NCBI GenBank assembly: GCA_947625685.1
Contig: CANQPK010000001.1
Location: 36,535 to 100,534 of the forward strand
DNA from: an uncultured Clostridia bacterium
Lineage (GTDB): Bacteria; Bacillota; Clostridia; TANB77; CAG-508
Direction: 5' to 3'
DNA length: 64,000 bases
Position numbers and translations under genes: made by a program. The notes beneath the pieces are model-generated. The model made no database searches. It saw only the letters and a list, made by a program, of their open reading frames with translations, and had not been told where the DNA came from. Below, piece by piece: positions 11,571-25,440 of the stretch (the stretch's first letter is position 1; every line of letters starts with the position of its first letter).

Positions 11571-12408
11571 TCATATATTCATTAGCAAAACATAGGCTAA
11601 TGGTGCTATAAATATTATACTGTCTATTCTGTCTAAAATTCCTCCATGTCCTGGTATTAAATTACTATAATCTTTTATTTCATTATATCTTTTTATACTT
11701 GATGCTGAAAAATCACCTATTTGCCCAACTATGCTTAATACTAAAGAAATAAGTATAATATATATATATGATATATTAGTATAAAAATATGTATTACATA
11801 CTATTGTATATATTAATGATACTACTACTGCTCCAATTGCTCCAGCAATGCACCCTTCTATAGATTTATTTGGGCTTATCTTGCTAAATTTATGTTTTTT
11901 TGTATTAAATATTTTTCCTGCAAGATATGCAAATATGTCTGTTGCCCAGCCACATATAAATACATACCATATTAAGATTTCACCATTTTTTTGAGCATAA
12001 ATTATTGGAATAAACATTATAAGTACTGGTATATATAGTATTCCAAAAATTGTAACAGCTCCGTCAACTATATTTGTCCTCATACCAGAATTTAAAATAT
12101 TAAAGAATACCACAAATACTGCAAATATTACTAAGCAAAACATCATATTAATCATATCTGCATCTACACTTAGTAGCGATGACTCTAAATGAAATAATCT
12201 AAGTACTGCTATGCTCAATGCCACTAAATATCCAATCCATTTGATTGGTTTTGCTTTTCTACTTTTTTCAAATGCACTAAAATATTCTTGTATTCCGGAT
12301 TAATGCAACCAATGCGCAAACTATATCAATAACAGTATTATTTCCAAATACCATTATTAATATAACCATTGGTAATCCGAATAATGATGTTAAAACTCTT
12401 TTAATATC
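11571..12408 (-). CDS. cdsA: phosphatidate cytidylyltransferase; one +1 break near the N-terminus
   Basis: C-terminal motif LIPGHGGILDRIDS. The N-terminal 60 aa (GTG start at 12408, RBS GGAGG) is joined by deleting the C at atcCggaat (plus 12294-12297). Confidence 0.8.
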
Positions 12409-12414
12409 CACGAA

Positions 12415-13116
12415 TTACTTACCTCCAAAATTTCTATTTCTTTTTTCAAAGATTTCTATTGCCTCATCTAGATCTTTTTCAGAAAAATCAGGCCAATATT
12501 TATCTACAAATACAAATTCTGAATAAACTAATTGCCAAGGTAAAAAATTGCTTAATCTTATTTCTCCACTGGTTCTAATTAATAAATCAGGATCAGGTTC
12601 ATCCTTTGTATAAAGATAGCTAGATACTAGTTTTTCATTAATATCTTCTACATTAATTTTATTTTCTTTTACATCTCTTGCTATGTTTTTTGTTGCATTA
12701 GTTATTTCGTCTCTTCCTCCATAGTTAAATGCTATACAAAGCTCTGTTCCAGTGTTTTTTTCTGTTTTATCCATAGCTTTTTTTATAGAATCTTGCAAAT
12801 TCTTAGGAAGACTTTCTATATGTCCAAATATCTTTACCTTAATATTTTCGAGATCAACTGCTGATACCAAATCATCTAAGTAATTTTTAAAAAGTAGCAT
12901 TAAAGCTGATACTTCTTCTTCACTTCTTTTCCAGTTTTCAGTTGAAAATGCATATACAGTAAGATATTTTATTCCTATTTTATTAGCATATCTTGTTATT
13001 TTTTTTAAAGTTTCTGCACCTTCTTTATGTCCCATACTAACGCTAATTCCATTTTGCTTTGCCCATCTTCTATTTCCATCCATTATGATAGCTATATGTG
13101 TTGGCATATCATTCAT
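12415..13116 (-). CDS. uppS: isoprenyl transferase / undecaprenyl-diphosphate synthase
   Basis: HIAIIMDGNRRWA and the C-terminal RTSGEIRLSNFLPWQ motifs. Confidence 0.9.
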   Translation of the reverse strand: MNDMPTHIAIIMDGNRRWAKQNGISVSMGHKEGAETLKKITRYANKIGIKYLTVYAFSTENWKRSEEEVSALMLLFKNYLDDLVSAVDLENIKVKIFGHIESLPKNLQDSIKKAMDKTEKNTGTELCIAFNYGGRDEITNATKNIARDVKENKINVEDINEKLVSSYLYTKDEPDPDLLIRTSGEIRLSNFLPWQLVYSEFVFVDKYWPDFSEKDLDEAIEIFEKRNRNFGGK

Positions 13117-13143
13117 AAGTTTTATTTCATTCCCTTCTGGCTT

Positions 13144-14035
13144 TTATTTTTCTCTATTTTTTATATATAGTGCTAATTCTTTTAAAAATTCTCCATTTTC
13201 TCCGTAACTTTCTATTTCTTTTATTGCCTCTTTTGTAATTTTTTCTAATATTTCCTTTGCTTTATCTAATCCATATTTTGTAACAAATGTTACTTTATTC
13301 TTTTCTCTATCATTTCCAACAGGTTTGCCAAGTATTTTTTCATCTCCGATTTCAGAGAGTATATCATCTTTTATTTGAAATGCTAAGCCTATTTTTTCAG
13401 CATATCTCGTCAAAATATTTAAATCCTCTTCCGTGGCATCTGCAAGTATTGCTCCAATTCTAACAGAAGCTTTTATTAGAGCCCCTGTTTTATTATTGTG
13501 CATATATTCTAGATATTCGTTTGAAATTTCTTGTCCTTCGAATTCAGTATCTACATATTCGCCAGCTATCATTCTATAAGTTCCATAGCTTATTTCTTTG
13601 AAAGCAAGAATTTTATTATTTAATTCACTACTATTTAAAGAGTTATTCAATTCTTTACTTATAACCAAATATGCATCATTTAATAGCAAATCACCAGCAA
13701 GCAAGGCAGTTGCTTCTCCAAATTTTTTATGATTTGTAGGTTTTCCGATGTCTTATATCATCATTATCGATTGCAGGCAAATCATCATGTATAAGTGAAA
13801 AATTGTGTATCATTTCCATTGCTATTGCAAATGGAAATACTTTATTATAATCATCCTTAAACAACTTATATGACGATATCATAAGTATAGGTCTTAATCT
13901 TTTTGCAGAACTAATTAGGCTATATTCTGCAGAACTATTTAAAGTCTTTTCTGGACATTCATCTTTTTTTATATACTTTTCTAATTCACTATTTACAATA
14001 TCTACATATTTTTTTAATTCTTCTTTAAAATCCAT
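13144..14035 (-). CDS. polyprenyl diphosphate synthase (FPP/GGPP synthase family); one +1 break
   Basis: First DDxxD motif IHDDLPAIDNDDIRH, then a frame break. Deleting the C at catCggaaa (plus 13744-13747) restores [30 protein letters not shown]. Second Asp-rich motif FQIKDDILS. Confidence 0.8.
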
Positions 14036-14064
14036 TTTTTGTTCAAATCTCCGCCATGTTTTAT

Positions 14065-14631
14065 TTAAACTTTCATAATTTCTTGTTCTTTCGTTTCAAG
14101 TATTTTATCAATTTCTTCTATCTTTTTATCTGTTATTTTTTGTATCTGATTTTCGGCATTTCTTAAATCATCTTCTGTCATTTCTCCATCTTTTTCAGCT
14201 TTCTTTGCTTCATCAATTCCGTCTCTTCTTATTGAACGAATAGATACTTTTGCTTCTTCGGCAGTTTTTCTAATATCTTTTACTATTTCTTTTCTTCTTT
14301 CTTCATTAAGTTCTGGGAAAGATAACCTAATAACCTTTCCATCATTGTTTGGAGTAATTCCAATATCAGATGCAAGGATTGCTTTTTCTATTTCCTTTAA
14401 AACACTCATATCCCAAGGTTGTATAACTATTAATCTTGCTTCAGGAACAGAAACTCCTGCAACTTGATTTATTGGAGTTGGAGTTCCATAATAATCCACC
14501 TTTACTTTGTTTAATATTGCTGGGTTTGCTCTTCCTGCTCTAACCTCCGCAAAATTTTCTTGTAAGACACTGATAGTCTTATCCATTTTTTCTTCAATTT
14601 TACTAAAATCCATATAAATTAATCCTTTCAT
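14065..14631 (-). CDS. frr: ribosome recycling factor
   Basis: 188 aa with typical RRF sequence (VRAGRANPAILNKVKVDYYGTPTPINQ). Confidence 0.9.
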   Translation of the reverse strand: MKGLIYMDFSKIEEKMDKTISVLQENFAEVRAGRANPAILNKVKVDYYGTPTPINQVAGVSVPEARLIVIQPWDMSVLKEIEKAILASDIGITPNNDGKVIRLSFPELNEERRKEIVKDIRKTAEEAKVSIRSIRRDGIDEAKKAEKDGEMTEDDLRNAENQIQKITDKKIEEIDKILETKEQEIMKV

Positions 14632-14672
14632 TTAATTAATTTTAATTTATAAATTAGTACAAAATTATCATT

Positions 14673-15392
14673 TTATTCAACTATTGTACCAATATTTTCT
14701 CCTTTGACTACTTTTACAATATTTTCTGGTTCAGCAATTGCAAACACTCTAAGTGGGATATGATTATCTCTGCATAATGATGTTGCAGTTGAATCCATAA
14801 CTTTTAAATCCTTATTTAATATATCTAAATATGTAATCTTATCATATTTCACAGCAGTAGGGTCTAGTTTAGGATCTGCTGAATATACACCGTCTATTGT
14901 TTTTGCAAGCAAAATAACTTCTGCATCTATTTCAGCTGCTCTTAATGCTGCTGCCGTATCTGTTGTAAAATATGGATTACCCGTTCCACAAGAGAATATT
15001 ACTACTCTGCCATTTTCCAAATGTTTTATTGCTTTTCTTTTTATATATGGCTCTGCTATTTGTCTCATCTCAATTGCTGTTTGTAATCTTGTTTTAACTC
15101 CTCTTGCTTCAAGAGTATCTTGAAGAGCTAATCCATTCATTGCAGTAGCAAGCATTCCCATGTAGTCTGATGTTGTTCTCTCCATTTGATGTCCATATTT
15201 TCCTCTCCAGAAGTTTCCTCCTCCTACAACTATTCCTACTTGTACGCCTAAATCAACTACTTTTTTTACTTGGTCACATATACTTCCAATTACATCTGCA
15301 TATACTCCTGTTTTATTATCTCCTGCTAATGCTTCTCCACTTAATTTTAATAGAATTCGTTTGTATTTTGCTTCACTCATCTTATTACTCAT
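14673..15392 (-). CDS. pyrH: UMP kinase
   Basis: [12 protein letters not shown] and [20 protein letters not shown]. Confidence 0.9.
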   Translation of the reverse strand: MSNKMSEAKYKRILLKLSGEALAGDNKTGVYADVIGSICDQVKKVVDLGVQVGIVVGGGNFWRGKYGHQMERTTSDYMGMLATAMNGLALQDTLEARGVKTRLQTAIEMRQIAEPYIKRKAIKHLENGRVVIFSCGTGNPYFTTDTAAALRAAEIDAEVILLAKTIDGVYSADPKLDPTAVKYDKITYLDILNKDLKVMDSTATSLCRDNHIPLRVFAIAEPENIVKVVKGENIGTIVE

Positions 15393-15498
15393 CCTTTCTA
15401 CATTTTAATTACTTTTTTATTGTACCATAAATTAGCATACTTTTGTCAATTTTTTTCAAATTTTATTAAAATATTATTTTAAAATTATTATTTAAAAT

Positions 15499-16095
15499 TC
15501 AACCATATATATTATTTTTTAATATATATTCTAAAATTTCTTTTGAAATCACTTCGCTATTTTTAATACTTTTTACTTTAATTTTATTTCTAATATCAGT
15601 TGCACTACAATTTTTATAATTGACATTTTCTATTATCTGAATTCTATCTTTATGTTTGCTTATAAGTTTATTTTCGCTAATATATTTTTCCAAATCAATA
15701 TATGACCTATTAAAGACTATATAATTATATTTTGTTATCAATTCTTCATAATCTTTCCAATTTGATATATTTATAAAATTATCTGCTCCCATTATAAAGT
15801 ATATATCGTCATTTAGATATTCCTTCGCTATTAATTTAAATACATCAATAGCAAATAATTCCCTATTTTCTCTCAGTTCAATATCCGATACTTCTAATGA
15901 ATCTTCATTTTTGCACAAGATTTTAAGCATATTATATCTATCTTTTGCTTTTGCCAATTCTTTTTTATAATAAAAATCACCAACAGGCACAAAGATAACT
16001 TTATCAAGTTTACATTTTTCTTTTGCCAATTTTACTAAATTTATATGAGCAATTGTAGGAGGATTAAAACATCCACCAAAGAAACCTATTTTCAT
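15499..16095 (-). CDS. nadD: nicotinate-nucleotide adenylyltransferase
   Basis: MKIGFFGGCFNPPTIAHINL, the (H/T)xGH nucleotidyltransferase N-terminus. Confidence 0.8.
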   Translation of the reverse strand: MKIGFFGGCFNPPTIAHINLVKLAKEKCKLDKVIFVPVGDFYYKKELAKAKDRYNMLKILCKNEDSLEVSDIELRENRELFAIDVFKLIAKEYLNDDIYFIMGADNFINISNWKDYEELITKYNYIVFNRSYIDLEKYISENKLISKHKDRIQIIENVNYKNCSATDIRNKIKVKSIKNSEVISKEILEYILKNNIYG

Positions 16096-16098
16096 ACT

Positions 16099-16770
16099 TT
16101 ATAATATTTCCTTTACTATATCAAAAATTTCTTTTCCTATATCTTCTCTTGTTCTTATATCTCCATCTCTTATGCATTTTATCTCAGACCAATTATATGT
16201 TTTAGCAAGTTCACATGCTGCATTATAACTATCTTCTAAATGTTTTATATCTCTTTCGTGTATATCTTTTTTTGCATTACTGTCGAATTTATTTTTTCTA
16301 TTTTGAGTTAATTTCATAGAATATTCTATTGGCATATTTAAAAAGAAAACCTTCGTTGGAATTGGAATCTTATATATATTAAACTCCAAATTCCAAAGCC
16401 ATTCCAAAAAATTTTTTCTTTCTTCTTTATCTTTTATCTTTCCAGCTTGGTGTACCATATTAGCTGTTGTATATCTATCAGCTAATATTAAGCCTCCATT
16501 TTCATAATATTCTTCAAAATCCTTTTTGTATGTAGCATATCTATCAGCTGCATAAAATGTTGATGCGATATATGGACTAATGGCTTTTGCATCTTGTCCA
16601 AATTCACCTGATAAATACATTTTTACTAAACTAGATGAAGGTGAATTATAATTAGGAAAGCTCACCTTTTTATATTCTATATTCTCCCTTTGTAAATTTT
16701 TTTCTAATATTTCTAATTGAGTCTGTTTTCCACTACCATCTGTTCCATCTATTACAATTAATTTTCCCAT
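16099..16770 (-). CDS. tmk: thymidylate kinase-like
   Basis: P-loop LIVIDGTDGSGKQTQ. Likely start at MGKLIV (16770) with an AAGGA RBS; the track ORF extends 13 codons further upstream. Confidence 0.7.
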   Translation of the reverse strand: MGKLIVIDGTDGSGKQTQLEILEKNLQRENIEYKKVSFPNYNSPSSSLVKMYLSGEFGQDAKAISPYIASTFYAADRYATYKKDFEEYYENGGLILADRYTTANMVHQAGKIKDKEERKNFLEWLWNLEFNIYKIPIPTKVFFLNMPIEYSMKLTQNRKNKFDSNAKKDIHERDIKHLEDSYNAACELAKTYNWSEIKCIRDGDIRTREDIGKEIFDIVKEIL

Positions 16771-16836
16771 ATACATCCGTCCTTTTTGTATTAATAAAAA
16801 ATGGGACAATAATACCTATTTTCCCATTTAATATAA

Positions 16837-18426
<1,590 letters not shown>

Positions 18427-18450
18427 TTAAAATGTCCTTTCTCATAAAAC

Positions 18451-18789
18451 CTATACTTTTTTCCAGAACCACTCTAGACTATCATCTAAGCTTTTTTTAT
18501 TTTTTACTTTTGCTTCAATGTCATCTATCCAAAGATAAGCTAAATAACTTACTAAGATAAATGCAAAATCATAAATTAATGATGTAGATAATGCTACTTG
18601 ATAATTTGCATAAAAATCAGTAAATGCATATAATTGTACTGCATGCATTAATATAAGCACAGTCGATAATCCTAATGCAATTGCTGGTGCAATTGATCTT
18701 TTTAGTTCATGTCCTAAGAATATTAAGCAAACTATTACTGCTAAACATAAAAATGTATTTAATGGTTGTGTTAAATCTATTACTAGCAT
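18451..18789 (-). CDS. hypothetical small membrane protein
   Basis: 112 aa with 3 predicted TM segments. Confidence 0.4.
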   Translation of the reverse strand: MLVIDLTQPLNTFLCLAVIVCLIFLGHELKRSIAPAIALGLSTVLILMHAVQLYAFTDFYANYQVALSTSLIYDFAFILVSYLAYLWIDDIEAKVKNKKSLDDSLEWFWKKV

Positions 18790-18878
18790 ATTTTTTCACT
18801 CCTTTAAATTTCTTTTGTTTTTATGATAATATTATATATGTTTTACCATATTATTTGCAATAGTTTCATGAAATTTTT

Positions 18879-21503
18879 TTAATTTTCTTGCATTTCTGAA
18901 GTTATCCATTTTACAAGATTTAAGTTCTGTACATCAAGTATCATCTCATGTTTTGGCATTACTCTAAATGTATATCCATAATTTCCACCAGTTGTAAGTT
19001 CTATTTTTGCTTTATATTCATCTGAATCTTTATCTATTCTTTCCATTTCTGTAATTTTTATATCTTCTAATACTCCACTGTCTAAAACTTTTCCAGAATA
19101 AACTTGTACAGAAATATTATCAGGATTAATATTTTGCATATCAACTTTACATCTTACTTCTATATTATTTCCTGCATCTAATATTACATTATTTAAATTA
19201 TCCAATTGTGTAATTTTAATTTTATCCCATCTGTTCTTAATTTCGTCTACCCATGCATTTAAATTTGCAACATTTTCTAAATCTGAATAATATTTATTAT
19301 ATAAATTACACAATGGTAGATATAATTTTTCGGTATAGTCTAATAACATTCTAGCTGTACTGTATTGCCAGCCAGTAGATGATATAGAATTTTTCATTAT
19401 CTTTACCCAATCCTTAGAGTAATTTGAGTTATTTTCTCTATTGTAATAAATAGGAATGATTTTATTCTCTAAAGTATCATAAATGCTTTGGCAATCTTCA
19501 TCATCTTGTATATTGTATGAATCATAGTCTTGATTTTTACCGATTATCCAACCGTTTTCCTGATTATATCCTTCAACCCACCAACCGTCTAGTATTGAGA
19601 AGTTTATTACTCCATTTATAGAAGCCTTTTGTCCGCTAGTTCCTGAAGCTTCCATAGGTCTTCTTGGATTATTTAGCCATACATCAACTCCACTTACTAA
19701 ATGTCTTGACATAGCTATATCATAATCTTCAAGTAAAAATATCTTTCCCTTAAACTGTGGTTTCATTGATATTTCATGTATTTGTCTAATTAATTCTTGT
19801 CCTTCTATATCATGTGGATGTGCTTTTCCTGCAAATATTATTTGTACAGGTGTATTACTATTATTTAATATTTGAGTTATTCTTTCTAAATCTCTAAATA
19901 TTAGAGTAGCTCTTTTATATGTTGCAAATCTTCTTGCAAAACCGATAGTTAATATATCAGGATTTAATTTAGAAACTATCTCCATTATTTCTTCATATCT
20001 TACACCATTTCTTCTAAGTCTATTTATTGTATTTTCTCTAACTAGTTTCATTAATTTAACTTTTCTTTGATAATGTGCATCCCATAATTCTTTATCTGGT
20101 ATATTATTAATTCTTTTCCATGTATTTTCTAAATGAATATTATCTTGCCAATATGGCATTAAATATTTATTGTATAGTTCTTTTATTGAAGGGGCAAGCC
20201 ATGAACATGTATGTATACCATTTGTCACATGAGTAATTGGAGATTCGTTTGCTGCAATGTCTGGCCAAATATCTCCAAATAATTCTCTTGAAACTCCTCC
20301 ATGAAGTTTACTAACTCCATTTTTCTTTCCAGAAATTTTTAGTGCAAATATTCCCATATTAAATCCAGGCTCTAGTTCTTTTTTAGGATTCATTCCAAGT
20401 CTTAAAAATTCTTCTCTTTCTATGCCAAGCCTTGGCCAGAAATTCTTAAAATATTTTTCCATTAAATCAATTGGAAATATGTCATTTCCTGCTGGTACAG
20501 GTGTATGAGTTGTAAATACAGTCTTTGAAGAAACTATTGTCATTGCATTTCTAAAAGAAATTTGTTTTTCTTCTACTAATTTTCTTGCAAGTTCAAGAAG
20601 CATAAATGCAGAATGTCCTTCATTCATATGGTATACTGTAGGTTTTAATCCTAATCTATCAAGCAAGTTTGTTCCTGCCATTCCAAGAACTATTTCTTGT
20701 CTTATTCTAGTTTCTTGATTACCTCCATATAAGACTTGAGTTATGTCTCTAAATTCTTGGTCTGTATTTTCATCTATATCAGAATCCAAAAGATATAATT
20801 TAACCCTTCCTACATTTATTTGCCATACTTTTAAATATAATCTTTTTCTTTGTATTCTTGAATCTATTATTAGATCATTTCCTTTTTCATCTTTAACTGG
20901 AGTAATTGGAAGATTCTCTAGTTCTATATCTTTATATACATTTTCTTGTCTTCCTTCTCTATTTATTACTTGATGGAAGAAACCTTTTCTATATAAAAGT
21001 CCAACGCCAACTAATGGAATTCCTAGATCACTTGCTGATTTCAAATGATCTCCAGAAAGTATTCCAAGACCTCCTGAATATATAGGAACTGTCTCATCTA
21101 ATCCATATTCAGCTGAAAAATATGCAATTAAATCATCTTTATTTTCAGGATATCTTTTTGAGAATAAAGTGTTTTTGCTCTCCATATATGCTTCAAAATT
21201 TCCAACAATTCTATCATATTCTTTTAAGAAATCAGAATTTTTTGCATATTCTTCTAATTTTTCCTGTGGTACCATTTTTAAGAATTTAACTGGGTTTTTG
21301 CCAATATTTTCCCATAAATCTATATCTATCATTTTAAATAATTTTAGAAAATCAGAATTCCATGACCACCATAAATTATTTGCAACAATTGACAGTTTTT
21401 CTATTCTTTTTGGTAATTGTGGATTTACTGTTATTTTATTGAATAAATACATAAAATTTTCCTCCTTCGTTTCTTTTAAAAAAAATTCTTTTGTATTCAA
21501 CAT
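18879..21503 (-). CDS. glgP: alpha-glucan (glycogen/maltodextrin) phosphorylase, GT35 family with DUF3417 N-terminus
   Basis: 874 aa. SAEYGLDETVPIYSGGLGILSGDHLKSASDLG at the N-terminus and the PLP-site motif EASGTSGQKASINGV. Confidence 0.8.
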   Translation of the reverse strand: MLNTKEFFLKETKEENFMYLFNKITVNPQLPKRIEKLSIVANNLWWSWNSDFLKLFKMIDIDLWENIGKNPVKFLKMVPQEKLEEYAKNSDFLKEYDRIVGNFEAYMESKNTLFSKRYPENKDDLIAYFSAEYGLDETVPIYSGGLGILSGDHLKSASDLGIPLVGVGLLYRKGFFHQVINREGRQENVYKDIELENLPITPVKDEKGNDLIIDSRIQRKRLYLKVWQINVGRVKLYLLDSDIDENTDQEFRDITQVLYGGNQETRIRQEIVLGMAGTNLLDRLGLKPTVYHMNEGHSAFMLLELARKLVEEKQISFRNAMTIVSSKTVFTTHTPVPAGNDIFPIDLMEKYFKNFWPRLGIEREEFLRLGMNPKKELEPGFNMGIFALKISGKKNGVSKLHGGVSRELFGDIWPDIAANESPITHVTNGIHTCSWLAPSIKELYNKYLMPYWQDNIHLENTWKRINNIPDKELWDAHYQRKVKLMKLVRENTINRLRRNGVRYEEIMEIVSKLNPDILTIGFARRFATYKRATLIFRDLERITQILNNSNTPVQIIFAGKAHPHDIEGQELIRQIHEISMKPQFKGKIFLLEDYDIAMSRHLVSGVDVWLNNPRRPMEASGTSGQKASINGVINFSILDGWWVEGYNQENGWIIGKNQDYDSYNIQDDEDCQSIYDTLENKIIPIYYNRENNSNYSKDWVKIMKNSISSTGWQYSTARMLLDYTEKLYLPLCNLYNKYYSDLENVANLNAWVDEIKNRWDKIKITQLDNLNNVILDAGNNIEVRCKVDMQNINPDNISVQVYSGKVLDSGVLEDIKITEMERIDKDSDEYKAKIELTTGGNYGYTFRVMPKHEMILDVQNLNLVKWITSEMQEN

Positions 21504-21575
21504 ATTAATTATCTATTAAAATTAGAAAAAAGTCAATAGAAATTTTTCTATAAAAATTTTTTTAAGAATTAATAT

Positions 21576-22406
21576 TTATAAATATTTTTCAAATTCTTCT
21601 TGTGGTATATCTTCTTTTATATTGTAAAAGTCAATATAAAACAAATATTGTTTTTTAACTTCTGCTACAGGGTCAAAATCCTTAGGATATGGATATCTAT
21701 TGTATGGAGATAAAATAATACTATTATCTGATAATTCTACATCTGGAATATGTAAATTAGTTCTTATAGGCAAGCCAAAAGCTAAATAATACATTCCTCT
21801 TTCTTCAAAATAATTTGCTAATTTCACAACTTTTTTCGTTGCTTCATCAATTTCATTATAACTTGTAATTTGTATATATATATCATAATCCAATAGGCCA
21901 TTTTCATCTGTCGATTCATCTACTATAAAGCTTGATTTATCACTATCTTCCCAATTTTCAAAATGATATTTTTTAGCATTTTCTAAAAAATCATCTTGCA
22001 TATCTCCGAAATTTTTTATTGCCTTAAAGACAATATTCTTGTTGCTCTTTATCCTTAAAATATATTCTCCATTTTCTTTTTCGTCTACATCTTTTGATAC
22101 TATTTCAACTTTTTCACCAAATGGTCTAGTTATATCATTTATATCTGCATTTACACTTTTATTTACAGTAGAAAATCTTGTAATTATAAATGAAAATGCA
22201 GCAATAATTGCAATAATTAAAAGAAAAATAATGATTCCTAGTATTACTTTTAGTATTTTATTCATTACTTTCGTTATCATCTCTATTTTCTTATTTTCTT
22301 TAGTTCTGTCTTTATCATAAATATTTATTCCATATTTATCTACCACATCTGTATTTTGATTCTCCTGCCATTTTTCTAATTCTTCCCAATCTTCCTTATT
22401 TCCCAT
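21576..22406 (-). CDS. hypothetical membrane-anchored protein
   Basis: 276 aa with one central TM helix. No recognisable motifs. Confidence 0.4.
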   Translation of the reverse strand: MGNKEDWEELEKWQENQNTDVVDKYGINIYDKDRTKENKKIEMITKVMNKILKVILGIIIFLLIIAIIAAFSFIITRFSTVNKSVNADINDITRPFGEKVEIVSKDVDEKENGEYILRIKSNKNIVFKAIKNFGDMQDDFLENAKKYHFENWEDSDKSSFIVDESTDENGLLDYDIYIQITSYNEIDEATKKVVKLANYFEERGMYYLAFGLPIRTNLHIPDVELSDNSIILSPYNRYPYPKDFDPVAEVKKQYLFYIDFYNIKEDIPQEEFEKYL

Positions 22407-22504
22407 AATTACTCCTATAACTTCATAATTTATTATAATATATCATAACATTAAAAAATACACAATAAAATCTCACATGCATGTGAGATTTTATTGTGTT
22501 TATT

Positions 22505-23590
22505 TTACTTATATCCAGTCGTTTTTATAATCAAATCACTTATTGATTTAACTGTTGCTGATGGTTCATAATCATCTTCTTCGAATAGATATTGATGTAA
22601 GTCTTTAACTTGATTTTCAAGATTAACTGGTGCTCCATACCATACTTTCCCTGGTTGATATCCTTTAATACCACCATTTTCGTCATCAGGCCATCCTCTT
22701 GTTTCTTTAATATTATATGATCCTACTTGGCTAAGCAAATATAATATATGTGATGTTGGAATATTTGTTGATATTTCTCCTAATACTTTATCTGCTATTG
22801 TATTTAATTGAGCAAGATTCATTGTTTTTACTTTCTCAAATACTTTATTTAATACTGTTCTCTGTCTTGCTGTTCTCTTATAATCGCCACCTGCTGTATA
22901 TCTAATTCTAGAATATGCTAATGCTTGTACACCGTCTAAGTGATAATTTCCACCTTTAGTTATTTGTTTAGAAGAATGTTTTGTAACTCTGTTTATTTCT
23001 TTAATATATGTGTTTATATATTTTGATTCTTCATTTGTTATATCCATGTCTATTCCACCAACGGCATCTACGACATCTACAACAACTTCAAAATTGACTG
23101 CAACATAATCAGTAATATCTAAGTCTAAGTTAGTGTTAATTGCACTTAAAGAAGCCTTAGCTCCTCCTTTTCCAAATGCATGAGTTATCTTATCTAATGA
23201 ATTTCCAATTTTTAAATAGCAATCTCTATAAACTGAAGCAATTTTAACATCTTTAGTATCTTGGTTTATACTTACTATCATTATGGAATCGCTCAATGTT
23301 CCAGTATATTCATTTTCTCTAGAATCTACACCAAGTAAAAGAACATTGAAGTAGCCTTCATATTGTGGAACATCTGCATTTATTTCTATTTCATTTTTAT
23401 CTATATTTTCATGCTCTATTTTTGCAAATTTACTGTATACATATCCTACAAGTATACCTGCTAAAATAACAATGATCATTATCAATATAATTACTGTTTT
23501 TAAGAATAAATTCTTTTTTCTTTTTTTATTCTTTTTCTTAGGTTTTGTATATTCTTCATCTTCCTTTGTTTTCATTCTTTTTGCTCCCAT
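22505..23590 (-). CDS. LytR-CpsA-Psr (LCP) family cell-envelope phosphotransferase
   Basis: N-terminal TM then an LCP domain (FNVLLLGVDSRE ... AYSRIRY). Confidence 0.75.
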   Translation of the reverse strand: MGAKRMKTKEDEEYTKPKKKNKKRKKNLFLKTVIILIMIIVILAGILVGYVYSKFAKIEHENIDKNEIEINADVPQYEGYFNVLLLGVDSRENEYTGTLSDSIMIVSINQDTKDVKIASVYRDCYLKIGNSLDKITHAFGKGGAKASLSAINTNLDLDITDYVAVNFEVVVDVVDAVGGIDMDITNEESKYINTYIKEINRVTKHSSKQITKGGNYHLDGVQALAYSRIRYTAGGDYKRTARQRTVLNKVFEKVKTMNLAQLNTIADKVLGEISTNIPTSHILYLLSQVGSYNIKETRGWPDDENGGIKGYQPGKVWYGAPVNLENQVKDLHQYLFEEDDYEPSATVKSISDLIIKTTGYK

Positions 23591-23679
23591 AATATCTCCT
23601 TTTGATTACTATAAATTTTACTTTTAAATTATATCCCATATTTTATTAAAAATCAACAAAATACACATAAATTTTACAA

Positions 23680-25387
23680 TTACATTTTATTAGGCATTTT
23701 TATTCCTAATATTCCAGCACCTTTTTCAAGTATTTTATTTGTCATATATGTTAGATATAGTCTGCTATTTGCTATTTTTTTATCATCTACTAAGATTTTA
23801 TGATTATTATAAAAAACACTATAATTTTTTGCAAGTTCTATTAAATATTTACTAAGTAAATATGGTTCATTTTTTTCAGTAACACTTATAAGTATATTTT
23901 CAAAATTATAAATATTTTTTATAACTTCTATTGCTTCATCATCAAGTAAGTTATTAACATCAATTTCATTAGCATCAATTTTGTTATTTGCTCCATCTAA
24001 TACACTTTTAGTTCTTACAAACATATATTGTATATATGGACCAGTTTCGCCCTGAAAATTTAAAATAGTATCCCAGTCAAATGTTTCATCTTTTATTCTA
24101 CTATTTGATAAATCATTAAAAATTATTGCTCCAATTCCTACCTTCTCTGCAATCTCATCTTTATTTTCAATATTTGGGTTCTTTTCTTCTAGGATCTTTC
24201 CAGCCCTTTCAATTGCTTCTTTTAATAAATCTTCAACCTTTATAACATTTCCTTCACGAGTAGACATTTTACCAGATTTTAAATGTACCATGCCATAAGA
24301 AACATGCTCTAAACCATCTATATATTTTTGATCTAGTCCAAGTAACTTTGCTACTTCAAAAATTTGTTTAAAATGTAAGTTTTGTTCATAAGCAACTACA
24401 TATAAGCATTTATCAAAATCATAAGTCCTTGCTCTATAAAGTATTGCTGCTAAGTCACGAGTTGCATATATGCTTGAGCCATTTGATTTGCAAATTATAC
24501 AAGGGGTCATTCCCTTATCTTCTAAATCAATTATTTTTGCCCCGTTTGATTCTATAAGTTTGCCTGTACTTTCAAGTATATCTATAACTTCTTGTAGCTT
24601 GTCAGCATAAAATGCTTCACCATTTAATGAATCAAACTTTATATCTAGCAAATCATATATTTTATTAAACTCTTTTAAACTAAGTTCTTTTAATTTATTC
24701 CAAAGAGTTACTTCATACTCTTGTTTTTCTTCTAATTTTTTAAAATTATCTCTGCATTTTTCAAGTACAGTTTCATCTTTTTTGCAAAGTTCATTTATTC
24801 TTACATATATATCTGTTAAATCTTCAATAGGATTTTTAAAAGTATATTCATCACTCCAAAGTTTATATCCTTCTATCATTTTTCCAAATTGAGTTCCATA
24901 ATCGCCAAGATGATTAATTCCGAATAGTATTATATCCCAAATATTTATATGTATTATACAAAGCGTTGCCTATTAATGTAGTTCTTAAGTGTCCTATATG
25001 AAAAGGCTTTGCAATATTAGGTGATGAATATTCAACTATAATATTTTTTCCGATACCTATATCTGATTTTCCATATTCACCATCTTTTTCATTAAATTCA
25101 TCTATAACAGTTTTAACTAAAGCATCTTTTTTTACGAAAAAGTTTAAATATCCACCAACTACTTCTATTTTATCAATTAATCTATCATCTATTTCTATCT
25201 TTCCTTTTATTTCTTCAGCTATCATTTGTGGTGACTTCTTCAAAACTTTTGCAAGCCTAAAACAAGGGAAAGCATAGTCCCCTTGTTCTTTTTCTTTTGG
25301 AGTTTCTATTCCAATTATTAATTCTTCGTAGTTCAATTCTACTGCTTTTGCAATTTCTTTTGCTATAACCTCTTTAAAGTCAATCAT
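23680..25387 (-). CDS. argS: arginine--tRNA ligase; one +1 break
   Basis: N-terminal ORF 24914..25387 (PNIAKPFHIGHLR, i.e. HIGH) and C-terminal ORF 23680..24879 (KMSTREG variant of KMSKS). Joined by deleting the C at attCggaatt (plus 24919-24922), giving [22 protein letters not shown]. Confidence 0.88.
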
Positions 25388-25440
25388 AAAAGTTTAGCTC
25401 CTATCTCTTAAATGTATTTGTTTAAATTCTAATACTTATA